Assembly: GCA_964416895.1 (NCBI GenBank)
Contig: CAYQGB010000003.1
Coordinates: forward strand, 1-42,669
From: an uncultured Calditrichaceae bacterium
Lineage (GTDB): Bacteria > Calditrichota > Calditrichia > RBG-13-44-9 > J075
Length of the DNA stretch: 42,669 nt
Reading direction: 5' to 3'
Below are positions 8,367-15,976 of the stretch, in pieces. The notes under the pieces are model-generated. The model was not told the origin of the DNA. It saw nothing but the letters and a program-made list of their open reading frames with translations, and made no database searches. The translations under genes were made by a program, and so were the position numbers. Position 1 is the first letter of the stretch, and each line of letters starts with the position of its first letter.

Positions 8367-8432
8367 GCGTATTGCGTAGTTCGTATTGCGTAGAAAAGGA
8401 TGAACTTACGCAATACGCAATACGAAATACGC
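8367..8432. repeat. long imperfect inverted repeat built from TACGCAA-type heptamers
   Basis: gcgtattgcgtagttcgtattgcgta (8367-8392) pairs with tacgcaatacgcaatacgaaatacgc (8407-8432) at 23 of 26 positions, with a 14-nt loop. Abuts the stop codon of the upstream gene. Confidence 0.85.
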
Positions 8433-9548
8433 CTACTCTCCGATAAACTCCTCTAATTGCAATTGCTCTACAATTTCCTTCTGATCTTCATCGTTGGGCA
8501 CGAAGGGATAATCCCGGTACGGCTCGCTGGGGCGATAGCTGCCGTAAGGGCGGGTGCAACCGGGTTCGCCGTTTTCGCCGGGACACCCGTTGGTCATAAA
8601 CGGCAACCCGGTGCGCACCACCTGCATGACCTGAGACAGGGGCGCTTTCAGGCGGATCAGGTTTCCGGCCTCGTCGAATTCCAGGCGATCCCGGGGCAAA
8701 TCGTAATCTTCCAGCAAACTCTTGACCAGTTGAATCCGCCGCCAGCGGGTAATGTGGGGCTTGGGATGTTCGCCCATCCGGGAATCCGGTTCGGGATTGA
8801 AACAAAACAGGTAAGCGAAGATCTGCCGACTCTTGAGGTAGTAGAACAGGTCAATGAGATCTTTATCGCTTTCCCCCAGACCCACCAGGGTGTGGCAGTT
8901 CACTTTCCAGGGGCCGAAGATTTCCCGGGACCAGTGGATGACGTCCCAGTAGTTCTGCCATTTCAATCCCCCCTGGGGCACATTGGTGCGGCGCTGAACG
9001 AAAACCTCCTCGGTGACCGCATCCAGTCCCACGCCGATCATATCCACCCCCAGCGCTTTGAAGGTCTTCAGCCGGTCGTAATTCAGCGTGGGGGGCGCCA
9101 CCAGGATGGACAGAGGCGTTTTCACTTTTTTCCGAATTCTCTCCGTGATGTCTGCCGTATCCCGATAGGCGTGCCCGTGGGTGACCATGGAGATGCACAG
9201 CCGGGTCAGCCGATCCTGATATTCCGCCATGCGCTCCACCAGCAGATCGGTTTCCACCAGGGGCCAGTCCACCCGGATGAAGGATTTCTCCTCGTATCGC
9301 CCCGGGCGGGTGCGGGCCAGGCCGCAGTAGGCGCAATCGGAAAAGCAGCCCTGCTCGTAGTTCAGCAGGATGTTGATCCCGCCGAACTCGAACCGGCGGG
9401 CGAATCGCCCGGAGATCAACCGCAGGGCGATAGCGCTGGCGCTGCTGATGCGCACATAATCCGGGCTGATTTGAAGCGGCTCCTGAACGCACGGTTCCGC
9501 GAGGGGGATGTTGCCGGAGATGAGTCGGTCAGGGTTTATGCGAGACAT
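8433..9548 (-). CDS. lipS1: radical SAM protein, BioB/LipA-like fold; LipS1-like lipoyl synthase component (which LipS it is remains tentative)
   Basis: CFSDCAYCGLAR radical SAM motif and GLGESDKDL as in the BioB/ThiH/HydE class. Extra Cys pairs near the C-terminus (NGCPGENGEPGC). Flanks the LplA-type ligase, as in sHdr-associated lipoylation loci as I recall them. Confidence 0.7.
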   Translation of the reverse strand: MSRINPDRLISGNIPLAEPCVQEPLQISPDYVRISSASAIALRLISGRFARRFEFGGINILLNYEQGCFSDCAYCGLARTRPGRYEEKSFIRVDWPLVETDLLVERMAEYQDRLTRLCISMVTHGHAYRDTADITERIRKKVKTPLSILVAPPTLNYDRLKTFKALGVDMIGVGLDAVTEEVFVQRRTNVPQGGLKWQNYWDVIHWSREIFGPWKVNCHTLVGLGESDKDLIDLFYYLKSRQIFAYLFCFNPEPDSRMGEHPKPHITRWRRIQLVKSLLEDYDLPRDRLEFDEAGNLIRLKAPLSQVMQVVRTGLPFMTNGCPGENGEPGCTRPYGSYRPSEPYRDYPFVPNDEDQKEIVEQLQLEEFIGE

Positions 9549-9579
9549 AGAACGCTGTTCCTCCTGTGGGATTTACACC

Positions 9580-10719
9580 TCATGCGGTTTGGGATACCTT
9601 CGGGTAGTAACAGGAGCCCCGGTAGGTAAAATGGTGCTCCATACGGGCGCTGCGGGCGGCTTTCCAGATGGCTTCGGCGATGGCCCCGGCAGGAAGGGGA
9701 GCGGCAGCTTGATTCTGAGCCGGAAATGCCTTCAGGGCGTTTTCGACCTCGCTCTCGATGGAGGCTCGATCCAGCGGGCTCCATTTCAGCCGGGATTCGA
9801 TGTGGCGAAAGGCCGCCTCATGGTCCAGGAAATCCCCGGTGATGAGCACGCTTTTGATGGTTTCGCCTTTGAGGGCGATATACACCCGGAGCAGTCCGGC
9901 GGGGGTTTTCTTCAGGCTCATGCCGGTCATATCTGCCTGGGGGGAATTCTGAAACAGCCATTCTTCCCGGCGATATTTCTCCCGGGCCAGTCGCTCGATG
10001 GCCGCGCGTTCTTCGGTAGAGATGGGGGTGGGCTGGAGTGTCATCTGAAAAAGCCGTTCAAAACTCCCGGCGATGCGGGTGCGAATCTCACCCACACTAA
10101 CCTTGCGCCCCAGTTCCCGGGAAACGGTGGTCAGCCGCTGGCGCACGCTGCGGATCATCACCCGATCGGAATATTTTTCCCGGGGAATGTTCAGCACTTT
10201 TAGCATCAGAGGAATATCCAGATCCACCAGCAAACTGGCGTGAAACAGCAGGGCGCCATGGGGATCGTAGTACACCCCCAGCCCGGCGATTTTGCGCCCG
10301 TTTACTTCCAGATCGTTTTTGGGGCGAAAGCGAGCTTCAATGCCCAGTTCCCGCAGGGCCTGAATCAGCGGCCCGGAAAAGCGCCGATAGGCTTCCGCCG
10401 GATGGGCCAGCGCCGGATCCGGCGCGGTGCTCAGGGTCAGGCACACGCCCAGCTGATCTTCCCCCATGAGGATGGCGCCGCCGCCGGTGGGTCGCCGCCC
10501 GATCTGCACCCCCAGTCGCCGACAGTTTTCCAGATGCAACTCCGCTTCCATATTCTGGAATCGCCCCACCAGAGCACAATGGGAACGGTAGGTGTACAGC
10601 CGCAGGGTCGGCTCCGGGCGAGGATGCTGCACCGGATAGTAGCGCATCAGAAATTCGTCGGTTGCCAGCCCGTAGTCGGCGGAGACCTGATCTTCTTCGA
10701 TGTAACGCCAGGGAACCAT
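9580..10719 (-). CDS. lipoate-protein ligase, LplA family, fused catalytic plus accessory domains (sLpl(AB)-like)
   Basis: RRPTGGGAILMGEDQLGVCL and NDLEVNGRKIAGLG (the catalytic Lys motif of BPL/LPL enzymes). At 379 aa it is longer than the catalytic domain alone. Confidence 0.85.
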   Translation of the reverse strand: MVPWRYIEEDQVSADYGLATDEFLMRYYPVQHPRPEPTLRLYTYRSHCALVGRFQNMEAELHLENCRRLGVQIGRRPTGGGAILMGEDQLGVCLTLSTAPDPALAHPAEAYRRFSGPLIQALRELGIEARFRPKNDLEVNGRKIAGLGVYYDPHGALLFHASLLVDLDIPLMLKVLNIPREKYSDRVMIRSVRQRLTTVSRELGRKVSVGEIRTRIAGSFERLFQMTLQPTPISTEERAAIERLAREKYRREEWLFQNSPQADMTGMSLKKTPAGLLRVYIALKGETIKSVLITGDFLDHEAAFRHIESRLKWSPLDRASIESEVENALKAFPAQNQAAAPLPAGAIAEAIWKAARSARMEHHFTYRGSCYYPKVSQTA

Positions 10720-10846
10720 GAGGGTATCAGGTTATATTAGTTGGACATTTTATGAGTTTTGAATTTGTTTCTGAATCAAATGAGTAACATTCCATGAACC
10801 ACGGTTAAGCGCACACATACCCGGTTCAAAGCACCGGGAACGTATG

Positions 10847-10887
10847 GCGTATTTCGCATTGCGTAATGGATCAACTACGCAATACGC
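10847..10887. repeat. TACGCAA-type heptamer inverted repeat
   Basis: gcgtatttcgcattgcgta ... tacgcaatacgc. Confidence 0.6.
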
Positions 10888-10949
10888 ACTTCTCAAACTG
10901 TCACGTGATAGTACACCCTCGATACCCCAATATCCTGATACTCCGCTTC

Positions 10950-11915
10950 CTAATGCCCACAGGAACAGGAACTTTCCGAAAACACCGGTTTCAGTCCTCT
11001 GGCGCGGGCATGGGCCACGATGCCCTCGGCCGGGTAGGCGATGCCGTTCAGACCGTAGTCCACCGCCGCCCGATCCACCGCCAGCTTGTGCTCCCCTAAT
11101 GGTCGGGCGCAGCCCAGCATCAGCAGGGTATCCGGCATCCGGGTGCGGGCTTCGTAAAAAAAGTGCTCGATGTCTTCCAGGGCCGGGGGAGCCACATGCT
11201 GCATGGGCGTGCCCACCAGCGGGGTCAAAATGACCAGCACCAGGGAGTGCACCGGATACCGGCGAATGAGATTCAAGGCTTGATATTCCCCCAGAAATTT
11301 CCCGAAATGCAATCCCAGGATGATGTGCGGGCGCACGCTGTGGCCGTATTGAGTCAGGTAGGCCAGAGAGCGGTCAAAATCCTCCACGGTGAGGTTCAGA
11401 TGATACACTTCCCGGATGGTGCGTTCATCTCCGATGATGTCCAGCATTACCCCATCCACACCGGCTTCTTTCAGACCTGCGGCGGTGGGTTCATCCACTA
11501 CTCCGCAGTGCACCATGATCCGCAGCCCCAGTTCCCGCTTGGCCCGGGCGATGTCCGGAAAGTATTTCTTCAGGGGCACCGCGCCGTTGGGCTGGGAGCC
11601 GCCGCTGATCAACACCCCGGTGGTGCCGTTCTCCGCCAGCCGCCGACACAGGTTGAACAGGCCCTCCCGGGGATTGAGCGCCACCATCGGCTCCAGAATT
11701 TTGGATTTGCAGTGCTCGCACTGAAGGGCGCAGGCGCTTCCGGTAAGGCTGATGGGGCGAAAGGCCTGGGGGGTCTGTTGTCGAAACTCCTCGGTCTGAA
11801 AGTGCTTTAAACCGGGAGCAAAAAAGTAGATCTCGTCGCAGAAGTTGTTTCGACGTACGGCGAAAGCGCGCTTGCGCAAGAAATCGACTTCCGGGGTTAA
11901 GACTTCGCCAACCAT
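10950..11915 (-). CDS. lipS2: radical SAM protein; LipS2-like lipoyl synthase component (assignment tentative)
   Basis: CALQCEHC radical SAM motif. Start moved to MVGEVLTPEV (ATG 11915, GAGGA about 8 nt upstream), giving a 19-nt overlap with lbpA. Second radical SAM flanking the ligase. Confidence 0.7.
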   Translation of the reverse strand: MVGEVLTPEVDFLRKRAFAVRRNNFCDEIYFFAPGLKHFQTEEFRQQTPQAFRPISLTGSACALQCEHCKSKILEPMVALNPREGLFNLCRRLAENGTTGVLISGGSQPNGAVPLKKYFPDIARAKRELGLRIMVHCGVVDEPTAAGLKEAGVDGVMLDIIGDERTIREVYHLNLTVEDFDRSLAYLTQYGHSVRPHIILGLHFGKFLGEYQALNLIRRYPVHSLVLVILTPLVGTPMQHVAPPALEDIEHFFYEARTRMPDTLLMLGCARPLGEHKLAVDRAAVDYGLNGIAYPAEGIVAHARARGLKPVFSESSCSCGH

Positions 11916-12346
11916 CCCCAATCCTCGTATTTCCGGATTTCCGCTTCGTACCATTGCCGCAGGGCCGATTCGCCGGTGAGCAGGAGGGGTTTCTCCTGCT
12001 CGAAGTTGGTCAGCCGCACTTCGATGAGCCAGCCTTCCCCGTAGGGATCGGTGTTGGCCAGCCGGGGATTTTCCAGCACCGCCGGGTTGACCGCTTCGAT
12101 TACTCCGGAAACCGGAGCGTTCAGGGCGCCCACGTGTTTTTCCGCTTCCACGCTGCCGAAGCTCTCGCCCCGCTTCAACGGCTTACCCGCCGATTCCAGT
12201 TGTATCACCACAAAGGCGCCTTTGGTCTCCTGTTCCAGGGGATCGATCCCGATGCGGGCGCGGTCGCCTTCTACCCGGAGCCAGAGATGCTCCCGGGGAT
12301 CGTAATACAAATCGGGATAGATTTCGTACTCGCGGATTTTGAACAT
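11897..12346 (-). CDS. lbpA: GcvH-like lipoate-binding protein (LbpA-type)
   Basis: Start at MFKIREYEIY. GcvH fold signature GSVEAEKHVGALNAPVSGVIEAVN with the lipoyl-Lys position. No gcvT/gcvP nearby. Confidence 0.85.
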   Translation of the reverse strand: MFKIREYEIYPDLYYDPREHLWLRVEGDRARIGIDPLEQETKGAFVVIQLESAGKPLKRGESFGSVEAEKHVGALNAPVSGVIEAVNPAVLENPRLANTDPYGEGWLIEVRLTNFEQEKPLLLTGESALRQWYEAEIRKYEDWGWLAKS

Positions 12347-12402
12347 AGCTCGCCTCATAAGATTGCGATTACCGAACAAATTCGAGAAAAGGGCAGGGGA
12401 GA

Positions 12403-12490
12403 GGAAACCGTTTAAACGGTTTCCGGATGTTTTTTTAAACCGTTTAAACGGTTTAAAATCCTCCCGCGTAAAACCGTTTAAACGGTTTTA
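12403..12490. promoter_or_regulatory. three copies of the perfect palindrome AACCGTTTAAACGGTT
   Basis: ggAAACCGTTTAAACGGTTTcc 12403-12424, ttAAACCGTTTAAACGGTTTaa 12435-12456 and taAAACCGTTTAAACGGTTTta 12469-12490. Centre-to-centre spacing 32 and 34 bp. Lies between shdrB3-like and lbpA. Confidence 0.8.
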
Positions 12491-13753
12491 CACCCCCATC
12501 GCCTCCACCACCAGCTCGATGATGTCCCGCACAATCAATTTGCCTTCATTACCGGTTGACTTTACCGCATCTTCAAACCGGGAAACCTCGTAGGGGCAGC
12601 ACACCGCCAGCACCTCGGCGCCGGTTTCCACCGCCTCCCGCACCCGGCGTTCGGAAAGCCGCTCCGCCACATGGTCGGCCATGAACCCGTCCAGCCACAT
12701 GCCCCCACCGCCACCGCCGCAGCAGTAGCTGTTCTGTTTGCACCGCCCCATCTCGATCAATTCTATCCCCGGAATGGAGGTGAGCATCTTCCGGGGAGCC
12801 TCAAACTCCCCGTGGTGCCGTCCCAGGTAGCAGGGATCGTGGAAAGTCACCCTGTAGCTCAGGGGCTTCTTGAACTCCAGTTGATCCATCAGGGGCGCCA
12901 GGAAGGTGGTATAGTGCACCACGTCGAACTCCCCGCCGTATTTGGGATATTCCTTCTTGAAGGCATTCAGGGCATGGGGATCGGTGACCAGAATCCGGTT
13001 GAACTTATATCGCTTGAGGGTGCGAATATTTTCCTCGGCGAATTCCTCGAACAGCCCCTTTTCTCCCGCCAGGCGCTGGGAGTCGCAAGAGCACTTTTCC
13101 TCCGGGCCGAGAATGCCGAAGTCGATTCCCAGCGCGTTCAGCACCTTTGCCAGCGCCCGACTGGCGTCGATTCCCCGGGGGTGATAGGAGGGATAGCACT
13201 CCACGAACCAGAGGATATCCGCCTGTTTTTTGGTCTTCATCAGGGGAACCGGCACTCCGGCGCCTTTGGCCCAGTCGGCGCGCTTGCGGGGGGATTCTCC
13301 CAGGGGATTGCCGTATTCAAAGGTGTTTTCAAACACCTCCTGAAGTTCGGCGGGAACGTTGCCGTCCAGCACCGCCACCTCCCGCACTGCGGGCATGATC
13401 TGGATCATGTCCACATTTTTTGGGCACACCCGCAGGCAGTTCATGCAGGTGGTGCATTTCCACAAATCCGCATCGTTGAACAGATCGATTCCCGCCTGCA
13501 CGTTGCGGTAAATCTTGCGGGGGCCGTAATCGCCGCCCACAATATCCACCGGGCACACCCCCACACACTGGGCGCACTGGTAACACCAGCCCAGCGACTC
13601 CCCGCCTTCCAGCGCGGTGATCTTATCCATCACCTCGGTTTCGTAATCAAAGATGGGGCGCTGGGTGAACATGCGGTTCCAGTCGCCGGTCAGTTCAATC
13701 CCATCGACAACGACTTTTTCCAGTTCCTGAATTTGGCTCTTATCCACCGGCAT
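12488..13753 (-). CDS. shdrB3: fused HdrC/HdrB-like (HdrD-like) Fe-S protein; sHdrB3-like
   Basis: CYQCAQCVGVCP and CTTCMNCLRVCP, then CCG-domain motifs (DPCYLGRH, YCCGGGGGG). The C-terminus STGNEGKLIVRDIIELVVEA is nearly the same as the Emo C-terminus. Confidence 0.85.
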   Translation of the reverse strand: MPVDKSQIQELEKVVVDGIELTGDWNRMFTQRPIFDYETEVMDKITALEGGESLGWCYQCAQCVGVCPVDIVGGDYGPRKIYRNVQAGIDLFNDADLWKCTTCMNCLRVCPKNVDMIQIMPAVREVAVLDGNVPAELQEVFENTFEYGNPLGESPRKRADWAKGAGVPVPLMKTKKQADILWFVECYPSYHPRGIDASRALAKVLNALGIDFGILGPEEKCSCDSQRLAGEKGLFEEFAEENIRTLKRYKFNRILVTDPHALNAFKKEYPKYGGEFDVVHYTTFLAPLMDQLEFKKPLSYRVTFHDPCYLGRHHGEFEAPRKMLTSIPGIELIEMGRCKQNSYCCGGGGGGMWLDGFMADHVAERLSERRVREAVETGAEVLAVCCPYEVSRFEDAVKSTGNEGKLIVRDIIELVVEAMGV

Positions 13754-14489
13754 GCTGTTGTTCCTCCGTATTGTACACGCCCAGCAGTCGGCGGGAAAAC
13801 TCCGCCAGACCGGGCATTACTTTGTTGAACTCCTGAGTCATGCGCAGGCGCAGCACAGTATACACGTAGATTACATACACGCAGGCCAGAAAGGCGTCCA
13901 CGCCGAAAGACCCCTCACCGATGACCTCGAAACCGGCGGCTTCGCCCACGTGGCGCACGAACGACAGCGCCTCTCCCAGCCGCAAATACGTTGCGCCGAT
14001 GCCTCCCGCCTCCAGATCGTACTCCTCTACCAGCACCAGGGGAAGCGCCCCGGTTTTGTTCCGGGGATCCCATATCCAGCGGGTCCACAGCCAGTGTTGC
14101 TTCGGGTGGGTGAAATGGAGCAGCTCGCTGCCCAGGTCGAAGCGCAGCGTTTCTTCCACGGCGGTGACCTGCCCGCAGAACCGTTCCAGGCGCTGATGAA
14201 CCTCTCCCGACCCGTAAAGCAGGTCGTTCATCCAGGCAACCAGCTGTTCTGCGCCGTGGGTCTCGATCAACCGGCGAGCCTTGCGGCGCACGGAAAAGAT
14301 TTGCCGCAGCAGGGAGTACAGGGCCTTTTCATCTAGATCGGGCAGCCTTTGCGGCGCCAGGGTTTCCTGGAAGTAGCGGCTTTTCACCTCCATGTCCTGA
14401 CAGATGCGGTACAGTTCCGCCACGGAAATCTTGCCCATGGCTTCTTTCATAAATTCCCGGGCGGAATCGATGTCCATAATTTGCGCCAT
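13740..14489 (-). CDS. conserved hypothetical protein in the shdrH position
   Basis: Good coding ORF between shdrA and the fused hdrCB, with a 14-nt overlap downstream. Start set to ATG MAQIMDIDSA because the longer GTG start lies inside a REP hairpin. No recognisable motif. Confidence 0.55.
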   Translation of the reverse strand: MAQIMDIDSAREFMKEAMGKISVAELYRICQDMEVKSRYFQETLAPQRLPDLDEKALYSLLRQIFSVRRKARRLIETHGAEQLVAWMNDLLYGSGEVHQRLERFCGQVTAVEETLRFDLGSELLHFTHPKQHWLWTRWIWDPRNKTGALPLVLVEEYDLEAGGIGATYLRLGEALSFVRHVGEAAGFEVIGEGSFGVDAFLACVYVIYVYTVLRLRMTQEFNKVMPGLAEFSRRLLGVYNTEEQQHAGG

Positions 14490-14558
14490 AGCTACCCGAT
14501 GGTTTTTACTGGCAAATTCTGATGCCTTGAGGCAAAAGGCTGCCCCGGTTAACTTTCC

Positions 14559-14850
14559 GGTCACCTTTCGACAAGCTCAGGGTGACCGATCCGGGTCATG
14601 CTGAGCCTGTCGAAGCATGACCGCTTCGGGTTATCCTTAGCCCGTTTCATAATTGCTTGTAGGGTTTCAAAACACAGCTTTTCCGCCTCCTTCCACCGCT
14701 CCTGCGGTGGAAGGAAGAGAAGGCGCTCCCGCGCCTACCTATTCTTCCACCTAACCCTACAAGAATTACTGAAATAGACCACTTAGCTTGTTGAAGCATG
14801 AGCGCTCCGGGTTATCCGGGGCTGCTGAGCCTGTCGAAGCATGCCCCCCG
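14559..14850. repeat. nested REP/MITE-like palindromic element inside the shdr operon
   Basis: Hairpins GGTCACC-ttcgacaagctca-GGTGACC (14559-14587), GGTCATGC-tgagcctgtcgaa-GCATGACC (14594-14622) and a third at 14817-14848. Outer inverted repeat cttgtagggtt (14655-14665) / aaccctacaag (14752-14762) around the central hairpin ccttccaccgc-tcct-gcggtggaagg. Confidence 0.75.
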
Positions 14851-14914
14851 CTCCTGAAATTCCCTTCGCTTCTCGCCCTGCCCGCCTGGGGTTAGCAGGT
14901 TATCGCCACCCGAC

Positions 14915-15976
14915 TCAGGCCGATACCTCCGCCAGATTGCGCACGGTGCTGATGGCCTTCATGGCCGCCAGCCCGGCGGCGGAGATGCTGTCTTCCAGAT
15001 CGGCCGGCCCGGTGCAGGCCCCGGCGGCAAACACCCCCGGCACCGAGGTGGTAACCGTATCCAGCGGCCCGCCCAGCGTTTCGATAAAATTGTACTTGTT
15101 CTGCTTCAGACCGAAGATTTTGGCCATCTCCCGGGTACCCGCGCTGGGTTCCATGCCCACGGAAAGCACCACTATATCCATGGGAATTTCAAACGGTCGG
15201 CGCATGGTGGTATCTTCCCCCCGCACCAGCAGCTTATCCCCTTTCTTGAGGATTTCCGTGGCAATGCCCTTGATGTAGTTGACGTGATACTTCTCCTGCG
15301 CCGGCCAGTAGATTTCGTTTTCCCAGTAGCCGTACATCCGCATATCGATGTAGAAGATGTACACCTTGCAGTCGGGAAGCTGCTGGCGGATTTCGATGGC
15401 CTCTTTGGAAGCGATCCCGCAGCAGACTTTGGAGCAGTACTCATTCCCGATGCGCCGATCCCGGGACCCCACGCACTGGATGAAGCACACCCGTTCCGGG
15501 GGCTGCCCGTTGGACGGCCGCACCACCCGATGGGCTTTGAGCATCCGCTCGCAATCCACCAGAGTGATCACGTCTTCGTATTCGTAATAGCCGTACTTCT
15601 GGGTTTCTCGACCGGGATCAAAGTGCTGGAACCCGGTGGCGATGATCACCGCTCCCACGTTCACTTTTTCCGACTGTTTGGCGTTCTTGATGGTCACCGT
15701 GAAGTCGCCCACCTGTCCTTCGGCGGCCACCACGGTGGATTGCAGGCGCAACTCCACGTTGGGATTGTTCTCCACCCGGGAAATCATCTCGTTCATGGCC
15801 TCTTCCGCGCTGCGCAGATCCGGGGTCAGGGCGGCGTATTCCGCTTCGTCAGGAGTACCGCCTAAGCGATGGCGCTTTTCTACCAGAATGGCTTTATAGC
15901 CCAGATCGGCAATGCCCCGGGCCGCTTCCAGTCCTGCCGGGCCGCCTCCGATTACCAGAATGTCTTGACTAGGCAT
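14915..15976 (-). CDS. shdrA: sulfur-oxidation-type HdrA-like flavoprotein (short form)
   Basis: ILVIGGGPAGLEAA FAD fold. CFIQCVGSRDRRIGNEYCSKVCC is the HdrA [4Fe-4S] cysteine signature. Only 353 aa, with no inserted ferredoxin domains. Confidence 0.9.
   Translation of the reverse strand: MPSQDILVIGGGPAGLEAARGIADLGYKAILVEKRHRLGGTPDEAEYAALTPDLRSAEEAMNEMISRVENNPNVELRLQSTVVAAEGQVGDFTVTIKNAKQSEKVNVGAVIIATGFQHFDPGRETQKYGYYEYEDVITLVDCERMLKAHRVVRPSNGQPPERVCFIQCVGSRDRRIGNEYCSKVCCGIASKEAIEIRQQLPDCKVYIFYIDMRMYGYWENEIYWPAQEKYHVNYIKGIATEILKKGDKLLVRGEDTTMRRPFEIPMDIVVLSVGMEPSAGTREMAKIFGLKQNKYNFIETLGGPLDTVTTSVPGVFAAGACTGPADLEDSISAAGLAAMKAISTVRNLAEVSA

Noticed and set aside
370-10740. Many long plus-strand ORFs opposite the minus-strand genes (370-1221, 1555-2646, 3013-5226, 5400-6236, 7399-8307, 8457-9629, 10240-10740; similar ones exist further right, such as 12671-13828, 16104-17192, 24519-25475, 31245-32619)
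   Set aside because: They are antisense shadows typical of GC-rich DNA. Their translations are low-complexity and rich in G/H/P/R, with no motifs, whereas the opposite strand encodes proteins with clear family signatures.
10720-10800. Sigma-70-type promoter TTCAAA-N18-TAATAT on the minus strand, just upstream of the ligase gene
   Set aside because: The hexamers are plausible in an AT-rich patch. But the -10 would sit only about 15 nt from the ATG, with no RBS, and I cannot score it. Not reported as a feature.
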